Below, piece by piece: positions 20,060 through 30,103 of a stretch of 32,000 nucleotides of DNA (the stretch's first letter is position 1; each line of letters begins with the position of its first letter). The DNA comes from Moraxella nasovis (GTDB taxonomy: Bacteria > Pseudomonadota > Gammaproteobacteria > Pseudomonadales > Moraxellaceae). The notes beneath the pieces are model-generated. The model was not told where the DNA came from. It saw only the letters and a list, made by a program, of their open reading frames with translations, and ran no database searches. A program made the translations under genes and the position numbers. The stretch covers positions 150,001-182,000 of the forward strand of contig NZ_CP089976.1 in assembly GCF_022701215.1 (NCBI RefSeq), written 5' to 3'.

Positions 20060-21034
20060 TTATGGTCTATATAGCTTAGATAACGCATTTGGTACAGCCT
20101 GACTGATATGATCCACCATTGCCGATACACTCTGCCCCATCTGCTCTGTTAGTCCTAGCTTTTCTATCAAAGTTGGCTTTGCTCTTGAATGTAGTGCAAA
20201 AACATCACAATGATCCATTAAGGATAAAATATACGCATCAGACGTACCAATCTCATCAATTAAACCAAGTGCCAACGCATCAGGTCCAAACCAATAATCA
20301 CCCGTTGCAATCTTTTTTACGTCAAGCTTAGGGCGGTGTTTGCCAACAAAGTCTTGAAATAGCACATGAATTCGTTCAAGATCTTCTTGATACTTAGCAC
20401 GATCTTCATCTGTATTTTCACCAAAAATGGTAACGGTGCGCTTATATTCACCAGCTGTAAACATCTCAAAACCAATGTCATGCTTTTTCATGAGTTCGTG
20501 AAAGTTTGGCAATTGGCTAACAACGCCAACCGAACCAATCACGCTAAAATCACTGGCGATGATCGTATCTGCCACACACGCCATCATATACCCACCACTT
20601 GCAGCAATCTTATCCACACAAACGGTTAGTTTAAGCCCAGCCTTCTTTAGGCGATCCAACTGAGCTGCTGCTAGACCATAGGCATTTACTTGACCACCAC
20701 CGCTTTCAAGGCGTAGCACCACCTCATCGCCTGCTTGAGCGACGCTAATAATTGTGCTAATCTCTTCACGCAGATGAGCGACCGCACTCGCCTTAATATC
20801 GCCATCAAAGTCTAGCACAAAAACATGATGCACAGACGACCTATCGTCTTTGGCATCATGGTCGTTTATTTTACTTGCTTTTGTCTTTAAAAGCTTGCAT
20901 AACCTTGTTAAAGCAGATTGCGTGTCTTTTTTTTGGGAAAATACATTTTCAAGCTGCTTTTGACGTTTTTCTTGAATTTCATTTAGATGAATAATCTGTA
21001 ATTCAACAGGTTTTTTAGTACTATGAAAGAGCAT
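20060..21034 (-). CDS. sohB: SohB-type S49 family serine peptidase
   Basis: 324 aa. VLRLESGGGQV, KIAASGGYMMACVAD and GSVGVVSQLPNF are colinear with E. coli SohB from about residue 40 onward. Confidence 0.88.
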   Translation of the reverse strand: MLFHSTKKPVELQIIHLNEIQEKRQKQLENVFSQKKDTQSALTRLCKLLKTKASKINDHDAKDDRSSVHHVFVLDFDGDIKASAVAHLREEISTIISVAQAGDEVVLRLESGGGQVNAYGLAAAQLDRLKKAGLKLTVCVDKIAASGGYMMACVADTIIASDFSVIGSVGVVSQLPNFHELMKKHDIGFEMFTAGEYKRTVTIFGENTDEDRAKYQEDLERIHVLFQDFVGKHRPKLDVKKIATGDYWFGPDALALGLIDEIGTSDAYILSLMDHCDVFALHSRAKPTLIEKLGLTEQMGQSVSAMVDHISQAVPNALSKLYRP

Positions 21035-21211
21035 AATTTTCTCATTTTTGCTAAGGGAATTTAAGCGTAACTTTAGGCTTATATCAGTATGCCCGCTCTA
21101 GCTTATCTAAGTGAGCAAATACCAAAACCAATATAACTTATTACGTGTGATTTAAATATATCACTACTCAATAAGGGCAAATTGTTAAAATAAAAGATCT
21201 CATAAAGATAA

Positions 21212-23065
21212 TTAGTCATTTTTAAGTAGGTTTTTTAGACCCACACCACGCAGACGCCCTTGGGTATCCACATCTCGCACAATCAAAGACCAAGCATGAT
21301 TTAGGCGAACTTCATCTCCTTTTACTGGCTCAGTCTTTAGATGGCTTAAAATATACTCTTCAATGGTTTTATCTTTTGCACTTGTCAGCTTTTCCATCAA
21401 TTCATCATCTACATCGGCTAAATCCACCGCATTTGGCGGCGTAAATACATCAAGTGCACTCACAACGGGCGACATTTTACCGAGCTTATGATAAATGGCA
21501 GACCGTTGATTGGTGGGATAAAATGGCAAATCAGAAATACGAACATGGGGCGAGAGCAACCAATCGCCATAAAACTGACTGTTCTTTTGGTATAGTGTTG
21601 CAGAGTTATTGAAAATCTTAGCAATACTCGCTGCATAGTCGCCTGACAATGCATACCACACGATATCGCCAACCTTTAGCGTGGTATACTCATCAACAGC
21701 AACACGTCTTTGATTTCTCACAACAGCAAAGAGTTTTACTTCCGAGCTTTTGTATTTTGATGAAATATTTTTAGGGTGGCGACCAATAGCAAAGGCGCCT
21801 GCCTTTACTTCAAACTCATATAAAGTAATGTTCGCTTGATCACCTACCCAGATTTCATGACGCTCTTTTGGCTCTTCATTTGTTGGTACCCACACCCTAA
21901 AAATCTTCGCCATAAATGGAATGGTTGCACCTTGGGTAAGTAGAGATAATATCACCACGCCAAAGGTAATATTAAATGCCAAATCTGCACCTGGAACTGC
22001 CATCATAACAGGAATGATGGCAAGCGTAATTGGCACAGCACCACGCAATCCCACCCATGAAATAAACCCAATCTCTCGCCCCTTAAAGCGAAATGGTAAA
22101 AGCGAAGTCATTACAGCAAATGGGCGCGCCACAAACAATAAAAACAAAAAGATGATAAGTGAAAAATGCCACACTTCAAGCATCTGAGATGGTGTAACGA
22201 GTAACCCTAACACCACAAACAAGACCGCCTGAGACAGCCAAGCAAAGCTATCCATCACCCTAAGCACATGCTCTGTTGCACGAATTTTGGTGTTACCAAT
22301 CACAACACCTGCCAAATATACCGCCAAAAATCCGCTGCCACCAAGCAAGTTGGTTGAGCTAAACACTGCAAAACCTGCCGATACGATTAAGATGGCATAC
22401 ATGCCTTCTGCCAAATACACTTTTGGCAATAGCTTTGATAGACCCCAGCCTGCCAACAAACCTGCAATCAAACCCACACTGATTTGTTGTAGTAGCATCA
22501 GTGCGATACTGCCAATTGACTGACTTTCTGGATCAAGGTTTAGGGCAATCATCGCAGTAACGAGTAAGATTGCCAATGGGTCGTTAGCCCCTGATTCTAT
22601 CTCAAGCGTGGACTGCACACGGTCGTTTAGCTTAACGCCACCGTTACGCAAAAGGCTAAATACCGCCGCTGCATCGGTAGAGCCTACGATTGCCGCCATA
22701 AGAATACCTAGCCGCCAATCAATCCCCAAAAGCCAAGTGGCAAAAACCCCAAGAACCGCTACGGTTGCAATCACACCCCAGCTTGCCAACGTTACTGCAG
22801 GTTTTAATCCAACACGAAAAGAATGCAAAGAGGTTCGTAAACCGCCATCAAGCAAAATGCACGCCAATGCCGCCTGACCTACAAAATTTGCCAAATTATA
22901 TTCTGCAAAGCGAATACCCAAAACCCCTTCTTCACCTGCAAGCATACCAACACCCAAAAAGAACAATAGCAATGGCACGCCAAGTCTGGCTGAAAGCGTG
23001 GAAGTCATGATGCTAATAAAAAGCAACACAGACGCCACAAGGTATAATATGTTTAAGGTATCCAT
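21212..23065 (-). CDS. nhaP2: K+/H+ antiporter, CPA1 family NhaP2/CvrA type, with C-terminal TrkA-C-like domain
   Basis: 617 aa. About 12 predicted TM helices form the Na+/H+ exchanger fold (LEIESGANDPLAILL), followed by a soluble C-terminal regulatory region. Confidence 0.88.
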   Translation of the reverse strand: MDTLNILYLVASVLLFISIMTSTLSARLGVPLLLFFLGVGMLAGEEGVLGIRFAEYNLANFVGQAALACILLDGGLRTSLHSFRVGLKPAVTLASWGVIATVAVLGVFATWLLGIDWRLGILMAAIVGSTDAAAVFSLLRNGGVKLNDRVQSTLEIESGANDPLAILLVTAMIALNLDPESQSIGSIALMLLQQISVGLIAGLLAGWGLSKLLPKVYLAEGMYAILIVSAGFAVFSSTNLLGGSGFLAVYLAGVVIGNTKIRATEHVLRVMDSFAWLSQAVLFVVLGLLVTPSQMLEVWHFSLIIFLFLLFVARPFAVMTSLLPFRFKGREIGFISWVGLRGAVPITLAIIPVMMAVPGADLAFNITFGVVILSLLTQGATIPFMAKIFRVWVPTNEEPKERHEIWVGDQANITLYEFEVKAGAFAIGRHPKNISSKYKSSEVKLFAVVRNQRRVAVDEYTTLKVGDIVWYALSGDYAASIAKIFNNSATLYQKNSQFYGDWLLSPHVRISDLPFYPTNQRSAIYHKLGKMSPVVSALDVFTPPNAVDLADVDDELMEKLTSAKDKTIEEYILSHLKTEPVKGDEVRLNHAWSLIVRDVDTQGRLRGVGLKNLLKND

Positions 23066-23309
23066 TAGGCGATTTAATCTCCAGCTCTAGCGATTCAATA
23101 ATAAAAATACAACAGTAAATATAAACAAAAATTTATAAAATTTCTTAGAATAATCTTATACTTGCAACATAAAAATACAAAACGACCAATCATAGCACAA
23201 ACTAAGCATTTTTACCATATACTAAAGGCATAAAACCTAAGATGGCAGGCGGCAATGTTTATATTTTTAGTACCAAAAAATAAAAAGCGATTAAATATGC
23301 TATAAGAAC

Positions 23310-23338
23310 TTGCAACAAATAAAATTACAAGGCATAAT
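23310..23338 (+). promoter_or_regulatory. Candidate sigma70 promoter of aspS
   Basis: TTGCAA (23310-23315), a 17-nt spacer, then CATAAT (23333-23338), about 90 nt upstream of the aspS ATG. Confidence 0.45.
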
Positions 23339-23426
23339 GTATCGTTTAGATTAACCTAATTTTGTGCGTTTTTGTGCTTAATTTAACAATTAACGTAAGC
23401 TCGTTTATTTATTAAAGGCAAATACT

Positions 23427-25226
23427 ATGATGCGTAGTCATTATTGCGGTCTAGTCACCGAAGAATTGATTGATCAAACCATTACTGTAGCAGGCTGGGT
23501 TCACCGTCGTCGTGATCATGGTGGCGTTATCTTTTTAGATATGCGTGATCGTGAAGGTTTACTTCAAGTCGTGATTGACCCTGATACTCCAGAAGCATTT
23601 GCTACTGCTGATGCGGCACGTTCAGAATATTTGCTCAAAATCACAGGGCGAGTTCGTCGTCGTTACGAAGGCACTGAAAACGCCAACATGAAAAGTGGTC
23701 AAGTAGAATTGCTTGGTAAAGAAATTGAAGTGCTTGCTAAGGCTGACACACCGCCATTTCCACTAAACGATGATAACATCACTGTCTCTGAAGAGCTTCG
23801 CCTAAAATACCGCTTTCTTGACATGCGTCGCCCAGAGATGCAAGAACGCATGGTTTTTCGTGCAAAAGCGACATCAACAATCCGCCGCTATCTTGACGAC
23901 CATGGATTTTTAGATGTTGAGACGCCTATCTTGACACGTGCCACACCAGAAGGTGCGCGAGATTACTTAGTGCCATCTCGTACTCGTCAAGGTTCTTTTT
24001 TCGCCCTGCCACAGTCGCCACAGCTATTTAAACAGCTTTTGATGGTTTCTGGCTTTGATCGTTATTATCAAATCGCCAAATGCTTCCGTGATGAAGACTT
24101 GCGTGCTGACCGTCAGCCAGAATTTACCCAAGTAGATATTGAGACTTCATTTTTAGATGATGAAGAAATTATGAATATCGCTGAAGGTCTAACCAAAAAC
24201 CTATTTAAGACCATGCTAGATGTGGAGTTTGACGACTTTCCACGTATGACTTATGCCGATGCAATGCGTGACTACGCTTCTGACAAGCCTGATTTACGTA
24301 TCCCACTAAAACTTATCGATGTGGCAGACATTATGCAAAACGTCGAATTTAAGGTATTTGCCGCACCCGCCCAAGATCCTAAAGGTCGCGTGGTCGCTCT
24401 ACGCATTCCAAATGGTGCGGAGCTAAGCCGTAAACAAATCGATGAGTATACAAAATTTGTAGGAATTTATGGTGCTAAAGGTCTTGCTTATATTAAAGTA
24501 AATGACGTTAGCAATATCAATAACGGCGTTGATAAAGAGTCTGGTCTGCAGTCGCCTATCATTAAAAATATGACCGATGATGTGCTTGTTGAGCTTATAT
24601 CACGCACTCAAGCCCAAAATGGCGATCTTATCTTCTTTGGTGCTGATAAAGCAAAAATCGTTAACGACGCCATGGGGGCACTTCGTGTCAAAATAGGCAT
24701 GGATTTAAATCTGCTAACTTGTGAGTGGGCACCTTTGTGGGTAGTTGATTTCCCGATGTTTGAAGAAACTGATGATGGCAAATGGACGTCTGTTCACCAC
24801 CCATTCACCAAGCCAAAAGGCTCTGTTGAAGACGTGAAAAACCACCCAGAAACTGCACTGTCAGTCGCTTATGACATGGTGCTAAATGGTACTGAAATTG
24901 GCGGCGGCTCACTGCGTATTAACACTGTTGAGATGCAAGAAGCGGTATTTGATGCACTAGGCATTGATAAAGCAGAAGCTGAACTTAAGTTTAAGTTCTT
25001 ATTAGAAGCATTACGCTATGGTGCACCACCACACGGCGGACTTGCCTTTGGTTTAGATCGCTTAATCATGCTCATGGTTGGAGCAAGCTCAATCCGTGAT
25101 GTTATCGCCTTCCCAAAAACCAAGACGGCTGACTGCCCGCTAACTGAAGCACCTGCTGGAGTGGATAATAAACAACTTCGTGAGCTTGGCATTCGTGTGC
25201 GTGAAAAAGAGCAAAAAACGGAATAA
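23427..25226 (+). CDS. aspS: Aspartate--tRNA ligase
   Basis: 599 aa. [44 protein letters not shown] forms the OB anticodon domain. The class II motifs [16 protein letters not shown] and [10 protein letters not shown] are present. Confidence 0.97.
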   Translation: MMRSHYCGLVTEELIDQTITVAGWVHRRRDHGGVIFLDMRDREGLLQVVIDPDTPEAFATADAARSEYLLKITGRVRRRYEGTENANMKSGQVELLGKEIEVLAKADTPPFPLNDDNITVSEELRLKYRFLDMRRPEMQERMVFRAKATSTIRRYLDDHGFLDVETPILTRATPEGARDYLVPSRTRQGSFFALPQSPQLFKQLLMVSGFDRYYQIAKCFRDEDLRADRQPEFTQVDIETSFLDDEEIMNIAEGLTKNLFKTMLDVEFDDFPRMTYADAMRDYASDKPDLRIPLKLIDVADIMQNVEFKVFAAPAQDPKGRVVALRIPNGAELSRKQIDEYTKFVGIYGAKGLAYIKVNDVSNINNGVDKESGLQSPIIKNMTDDVLVELISRTQAQNGDLIFFGADKAKIVNDAMGALRVKIGMDLNLLTCEWAPLWVVDFPMFEETDDGKWTSVHHPFTKPKGSVEDVKNHPETALSVAYDMVLNGTEIGGGSLRINTVEMQEAVFDALGIDKAEAELKFKFLLEALRYGAPPHGGLAFGLDRLIMLMVGASSIRDVIAFPKTKTADCPLTEAPAGVDNKQLRELGIRVREKEQKTE

Positions 25227-25230
25227 CTAA

Positions 25231-26154
25231 ATGGGGAGCAATCCTTATCAGCTACTACGCTATGTGCCAATGTGGATGCTTTATCTTTTGGCACATTTTG
25301 CAAGTTTCGTTCTTAATTTGAACACCAATCATAAGGTGATGAATATCATTCGCACCAATCTGCTATTGGCATACCCAAAGATGAGCGAAACAGAGCGTGA
25401 AGTTTTTGTTAAAAAATCACTAAAACAACAGGCGGTCAATATGATCGCCTCGATTAAAAGCTGGGCGATGCCACCTCAGTGGAGCATCGACCAAATCCAT
25501 ACCGTTCACCGTCAGCAGGTTTTGCTTGATGCATTAGATAATCCAAATGGTATGCTTGCAATTGTGCCTCATTTAGGTGCTTGGGAAATCATGAATGCGT
25601 GGCTAAATCAGTTTGGCTCTCCCACCATCATGTATAAGCCTGTCAAAGGCGAACTGATTAATGAGTTCGTACTTCAAGGTCGTCAACGTCTAAATGCTAC
25701 CTTAGTTCCTACGGATGCAACTGGCGTTAAAGCAATCTTTAAAACCCTAAAAAGTGGCGGTTTTAGCATTATCTTGCCAGATCATGTGCCTGACCCTTCA
25801 GGTGGTGTGGTCGTGCCGTTTTTTGGCGTTCCCACCATGACTAGCACGCTTGCCCCAAAGCTTGCCCAAAAGACACAATGTGCCTTGGTCGGCTTAACTT
25901 GCATACAGCGTGAAGATGGTCAAGGCTTTGACATATATTGTGATAGGCTTGATGATCCAAACCTTTATCACAAAGACATTCACACCGCTACACTTGCCTT
26001 TAATCAGGCGATTGAAACCATGATTGAGCGTTTTCCTTTGCACTACACATGGAACTATAAACGCTTTAAGCACACACCAATTGGCGATGATGTATACGCC
26101 TTAGATACCGATACACTTGCAAAAGCTCGCAAGCAGACACTTAAGGAAGTTTAA
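25231..26154 (+). CDS. Lipid A late acyltransferase family protein (LpxL/LpxM, HtrB/MsbB family)
   Basis: 307 aa. It has NLLLAYPKMSETERE, the HX4E motif PHLGAWE, ILPDHVP and YTWNYKRFKH, matching the LpxL family layout. It starts 5 nt after the aspS stop. Confidence 0.85.
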   Translation: MGSNPYQLLRYVPMWMLYLLAHFASFVLNLNTNHKVMNIIRTNLLLAYPKMSETEREVFVKKSLKQQAVNMIASIKSWAMPPQWSIDQIHTVHRQQVLLDALDNPNGMLAIVPHLGAWEIMNAWLNQFGSPTIMYKPVKGELINEFVLQGRQRLNATLVPTDATGVKAIFKTLKSGGFSIILPDHVPDPSGGVVVPFFGVPTMTSTLAPKLAQKTQCALVGLTCIQREDGQGFDIYCDRLDDPNLYHKDIHTATLAFNQAIETMIERFPLHYTWNYKRFKHTPIGDDVYALDTDTLAKARKQTLKEV

Positions 26155-26156
26155 CC

Positions 26157-26915
26157 ATGTCAGCATCTTTAGACGAAAATCGCTATATCATCTGCATGAA
26201 ATGGGGCAAAAAGTATGGTGCTGAATATGTCAACCGTCTGCATAACATGGTCAAACGCCATCTTACGCTTGACTTTCAGATGGTATGCTTAACTGACGAT
26301 GATACAGGGATTGACCCACAAATCAAGTGCTACCCTATCCCAGAGTTAAATTTACCTGCAAACTTGCCAGAACGTGGCTGGAAAAAGCTTACCACCTTTA
26401 CGCCAAACCTATATGATTTAAAAGGCACAGCGTTATTTTTAGATATTGATATCGTTATTGTTGATAATATTGACTGCTTTTTTACGCACCAAGCAGAGCA
26501 TGAAGACAGCGTGATGATTATTCGAGATTGGAAAAAGCCGTGGCGTTTGGTTGGCAACTCATCTGTCTATCGCTTTAAGGTAGGGCAAAACACCTATCCT
26601 GATTTATTGTCTTATTTTGAACAAAATTTTGAGAAAATTCGCCAAGAAGTGCGGCATGAGCAGGCTTTTTTATCCAATTACCTTCGCAAACACCATCACT
26701 TAGAATATTGGGACGCTTCATGGTGCGTAAGCTTTAAATACCACTGCTTGCATAATATTCCCTTAGCATATTTTATTCCCCCTAAAAAACCAGCCAATGC
26801 AAAAATTATCATTTTTCATGGTGAAATCAATCCGCCAGACGCCATCCAAGGCGGTGGTGGTAAATGGTATCGTCATGTACTGCCTAGTGATTGGATTAAA
26901 CAAGCGTGGCAATAA
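26157..26915 (+). CDS. Hypothetical protein, glycosyltransferase-like (DxD-type motif), co-transcribed with the lipid A acyltransferase
   Basis: 252 aa. The N-terminal ICMKWGKKYGAEYVNRLHNMVKRHL...CLTDD pattern and LDIDIVIV (DxD-like) resemble a family I recall being annotated as glycosyltransferase or hypothetical. There is a 2-nt gap after the upstream gene. Confidence 0.6.
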   Translation: MSASLDENRYIICMKWGKKYGAEYVNRLHNMVKRHLTLDFQMVCLTDDDTGIDPQIKCYPIPELNLPANLPERGWKKLTTFTPNLYDLKGTALFLDIDIVIVDNIDCFFTHQAEHEDSVMIIRDWKKPWRLVGNSSVYRFKVGQNTYPDLLSYFEQNFEKIRQEVRHEQAFLSNYLRKHHHLEYWDASWCVSFKYHCLHNIPLAYFIPPKKPANAKIIIFHGEINPPDAIQGGGGKWYRHVLPSDWIKQAWQ

Positions 26916-26918
26916 TAA

Positions 26919-26949
26919 AAAAAACCCTAAATTAGATTTAGGGTTTTTT
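26919..26949. terminator. Bidirectional terminator between the glycosyltransferase-like gene (+) and the RHH gene (-)
   Basis: Stem aaaaaaccctaaat (26919-26932) / atttagggtttttt (26936-26949) with a 3-nt loop. Confidence 0.9.
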
Positions 26950-26950
26950 A

Positions 26951-27121
26951 TTAGCGTTTAAACATGTCGCCTTGCCGATTTTTCTTAACATACTCAATCA
27001 TGCAATCACGCAAAAGCTGGCTTGCTGTACGATTGTTTTCTTTTGCCGCTTGTTTAAATTGCTCTGCAAGATTCTTATTTACCCGCATATTAAACGTTGT
27101 CTGCTCATCATGTGCTGCCAT
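26951..27121 (-). CDS. Ribbon-helix-helix (CopG/Arc/antitoxin-like) DNA-binding protein, 56 aa; not in the supplied ORF track
   Basis: My own minus-strand translation is MAAHDEQTTFNMRVNKNLAEQFKQAAKENNRTASQLLRDCMIEYVKKNRQGDMFKR. It shows the classic beta-strand (TFNMRV) plus two-helix RHH pattern. An AGGGTGA Shine-Dalgarno lies 5 nt upstream, and the stop abuts the terminator. Confidence 0.7.
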   Translation of the reverse strand: MAAHDEQTTFNMRVNKNLAEQFKQAAKENNRTASQLLRDCMIEYVKKNRQGDMFKR

Positions 27122-27217
27122 CTTATCACCCTATTACTCAAGCATTAAACCCAAAATTAAGGCTGACAATTATACCAATAAGCTTAGATTTTTCAAGCAG
27201 TTTTACTTACAATTACT

Positions 27218-27259
27218 AAAACAAACACTAAATTAATCTAAAAATTAAGTGTTTGTTTT
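27218..27259 (-). terminator. Terminator after the DksA/TraR-like gene
   Basis: aaaacaaacact (27218-27229) and agtgtttgtttt (27248-27259) are exact reverse complements with an 18-nt AT loop. The T-rich end works on either strand. Confidence 0.65.
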
Positions 27260-27302
27260 ATGCGTATAAACTTCCCGCTTTTATCTTACACATGCACAAA
27301 GC

Positions 27303-27626
27303 TTACTTGGCATGAGTAATACATTCACGAGCATAAGGAACCGCTTGTAAGCGATTTTCACTAATCTCTTCGCCACATTCGTCACAAATACCATAGTCGC
27401 CTTGTTCCATACGTCTTAAGGCTGAGTTGACCAGAGCCAAACCTTGCTCTGCCTCCACAAGAAGCTTTTTACGCATATCGTTTTCTGTGAATTTTACCGC
27501 CTGATCGTCCCAGTGCTGATTCATCTCATCTTGTGGATGTTGCAGGTGATCAGAAAGTTTATTAATGCGTTGCTCATACTCTGCCTTTAGCGTTAGCAGT
27601 TGGTCTTTATGGTGCTGTATATTCAT
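27303..27626 (-). CDS. DksA/TraR-family zinc-finger protein
   Basis: 107 aa. An N-terminal coiled-coil-like region is followed by a C-terminal CDECGEEISENRLQAVPYARECITH, that is CxxC-x17-CxxH. Confidence 0.8.
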   Translation of the reverse strand: MNIQHHKDQLLTLKAEYEQRINKLSDHLQHPQDEMNQHWDDQAVKFTENDMRKKLLVEAEQGLALVNSALRRMEQGDYGICDECGEEISENRLQAVPYARECITHAK

Positions 27627-28189
27627 GGTAAATCCTTATTGATAAAAATTACCTTTATCATAGCAAAATTAACAGATTTAACTATAGTATTTTTGTAACA
27701 TTTAAAATATTCAAAGATAAAAATATGATACAAAAAAAATTACCTGATGTCATCGTAGCACTGGTGATAAAACCGCTATCTTTGGCTGGTGAAAGCCTAA
27801 TCACAAGGTATTTATTTTGTGATGCCTAGACACTAAATTAAACATAAGTGGCTATTAACAAAGCTAATGATAAACTAGAAACGATATTTTGATAACAAAA
27901 GCCAAAACTTTAAGCCAAAAAACTTAATTAAGCCAATTACAACAACTTAATTAAAACAATAAGTTACGAAAAGTTTAAGATAGTTATCTAAAGCAGTTCC
28001 TAAACTTATGCCTAAATCTAGTTATTTCATACTAATATACGATAAAATAGTGGCAATATTTTGGTTTATAATGACGATTTATAAAAATTTTAGTTTATAA
28101 TACTAATTAGAATAAAAATTTACTTTTATGGCAATGCTTGGATTGTCACTCCAAAAAATCTAAAACCTACTCTAACTAAGGATTGTTTC

Positions 28190-30091
28190 ATGCCACAATA
28201 CCGCTCAAAAACATCAACGCAAGGTCGCAACATGGCAGGGGCAAGAGCCCTTTGGCGTGCCACAGGTATGACCGATGGCGATTTTGACAAACCGATTATC
28301 GCTGTTGCCAATTCGTTTACCCAATTTGTTCCCGGACACGTCCATTTAAAAGACATGGGGCAGCTCGTGGCTCGTGAGATTGAAAAAGCAGGTGGCGTTG
28401 CCAAAGAATTTAACACCATTGCTGTTGATGATGGTATTGCCATGGGTCATAGCGGCATGCTGTACAGTTTGCCAAGCCGTGATTTGATTGCCGACAGCGT
28501 GGAATATATGGTCAATGCCCATTGTGCGGACGCTTTGGTATGTATCTCCAACTGCGACAAAATTACCCCCGGTATGCTTATGGCAAGCTTGCGATTAAAC
28601 ATTCCTACGATTTTTGTATCAGGTGGCCCAATGGAAGCAGGTAAGGTGCTAGCTACCACACTTGGTGATGGACACACTACGCATCAAACCGTGACCAACG
28701 AGAAAGGCGACAAGGTGCGTAAGCTTGACTTGGTAGATGCAATGATTGATGCGGCAGACGATTTAATCAGCGATGATGACGTGGCAAAAGTTGAACGCTT
28801 GGCATGCCCAACTTGTGGCTCGTGTTCTGGTATGTTTACCGCCAACTCTATGAACTGCTTGACCGAGGCACTCGGCTTATCTTTACCTGCCAATGGCTCA
28901 CTACTTGCCACACACGCCAAGCGTAAAGAGCTGTTTTTAGAGGCTGGACGCACCATAGTTGCCCTTGCCAAACGCTACTACGAGCAAGACGATGACAGCA
29001 TATTACCAAGAAACATCGCCACTAAATCCGCCTTTTGCAATGCCATGAGCCTTGATATTGCCATGGGTGGCAGCACGAACACCATTTTACACCTGCTCGC
29101 TGCCGCAAGCGAAGCTGGTGTGGATTTTAAAATGGCGGATATTGATCGGTTAAGCCGTGCCGTGCCGTGTCTGTGTAAAGTTGCCCCCGCCACCCAAAAA
29201 TACCACATGGAAGACGTAAACAGAGCAGGTGGCGTCATGGCGATTTTGGCAGAGCTTGACCGTGCAGGATTGGTGGATACAAATGTGCCAACCGTCCACG
29301 CCCCTACGCTGGCAGACGCTTTGGCGAAATGGGATATTATAAACCCTGACAATGAGGAGGCTCGCAGTCGTTACATATCTGCTCCTGCAGGTGTACGAAC
29401 CACACAGGCGTTTAGCCAAAACAACAAATACCCAAACCTTGACCTAAACCGTGAATCTGGCTGCATCCGCGATATCAAGCACGCTTATTCTAAAGACGGT
29501 GGTTTGGCAGTGCTATTTGGCAATATTGCCGAGCGTGGCTGCGTGGTTAAAACTGCAGGTGTGGACGAGAGCATTTTAAAATTTACAGGACGTGCAAGGG
29601 TGTTTGAAAGCCAAGATGATGCAGTGGAGGCGATTTTGGCAGATAAGATTATCGCAGGCGACATCGTCATTATCCGCTATGAAGGTCCAAAAGGCGGACC
29701 GGGCATGCAAGAAATGCTCTACCCCACATCTTATCTAAAATCCAAGGGGCTTGGCAAAGACTGTGCCTTGTTTACAGATGGTAGATTTAGTGGTGGTACG
29801 TCAGGATTATCCATCGGACACGCAAGTCCTGAGGCTGCTGAAGGCGGAGCGATTGGCTTGGTAGAAGAGTTTGATACCATCATCATTGACATTCCAAACC
29901 GCAAGATTCACTTGGACGTATCTGATGATGAGCTTGCCAAACGCCGTCAAGCGATGATTGCTCGTGGCAAAAACGCATGGCAACCTGTCGCTCGTGAACG
30001 TCACGTCTCACAAGCCTTGCGTGCTTATGCTCTGTTAACCACATCAGCAGATACAGGGGCGGTGCGTGATGTCACTCAGCTGGAGCGATAG
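28190..30091 (+). CDS. ilvD: Dihydroxy-acid dehydratase
   Basis: 633 aa. [79 protein letters not shown] and [11 protein letters not shown] are colinear with E. coli IlvD. Confidence 0.97.
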   Translation: MPQYRSKTSTQGRNMAGARALWRATGMTDGDFDKPIIAVANSFTQFVPGHVHLKDMGQLVAREIEKAGGVAKEFNTIAVDDGIAMGHSGMLYSLPSRDLIADSVEYMVNAHCADALVCISNCDKITPGMLMASLRLNIPTIFVSGGPMEAGKVLATTLGDGHTTHQTVTNEKGDKVRKLDLVDAMIDAADDLISDDDVAKVERLACPTCGSCSGMFTANSMNCLTEALGLSLPANGSLLATHAKRKELFLEAGRTIVALAKRYYEQDDDSILPRNIATKSAFCNAMSLDIAMGGSTNTILHLLAAASEAGVDFKMADIDRLSRAVPCLCKVAPATQKYHMEDVNRAGGVMAILAELDRAGLVDTNVPTVHAPTLADALAKWDIINPDNEEARSRYISAPAGVRTTQAFSQNNKYPNLDLNRESGCIRDIKHAYSKDGGLAVLFGNIAERGCVVKTAGVDESILKFTGRARVFESQDDAVEAILADKIIAGDIVIIRYEGPKGGPGMQEMLYPTSYLKSKGLGKDCALFTDGRFSGGTSGLSIGHASPEAAEGGAIGLVEEFDTIIIDIPNRKIHLDVSDDELAKRRQAMIARGKNAWQPVARERHVSQALRAYALLTTSADTGAVRDVTQLER

Positions 30092-30103
30092 ATGATTATA
30101 TAC

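Noticed and set aside
20060-21034. SohB lacks the N-terminal transmembrane segment (about 38 aa) present in E. coli SohB. Possible 5' truncation.
   Set aside because: An in-frame stop lies 21 codons upstream, and no alternative start or shifted TM-encoding frame is visible in 21035-21211. The gene therefore looks intact as it is. Without homologues from relatives I cannot tell lineage-specific architecture from truncation.
26964-27236. 90-aa + strand ORF between the glycosyltransferase-like gene and the DksA-like gene
   Set aside because: Its product is Cys/Phe/Ser-rich with no recognisable fold, and it starts inside a terminator region. The opposite strand encodes a well-formed RHH protein with a Shine-Dalgarno and a terminator.
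28088-28100. 13-mer ttttagtttataa shared between the ilvD upstream region (28088-28100) and the 15-bp tandem repeat (30945-30957)
   Set aside because: A single AT-rich 13-mer match within 32 kb (both strands) is within chance expectation. No extended similarity flanks it.
28640-28720. Insertion of about 17 aa in IlvD ([26 protein letters not shown]) relative to E. coli between GPMEAGK and LDLVDAM
   Set aside because: It falls in a surface-loop region that I believe is variable in this family. I cannot evaluate it without an alignment, and there is no sign of a frameshift or a mobile insertion.
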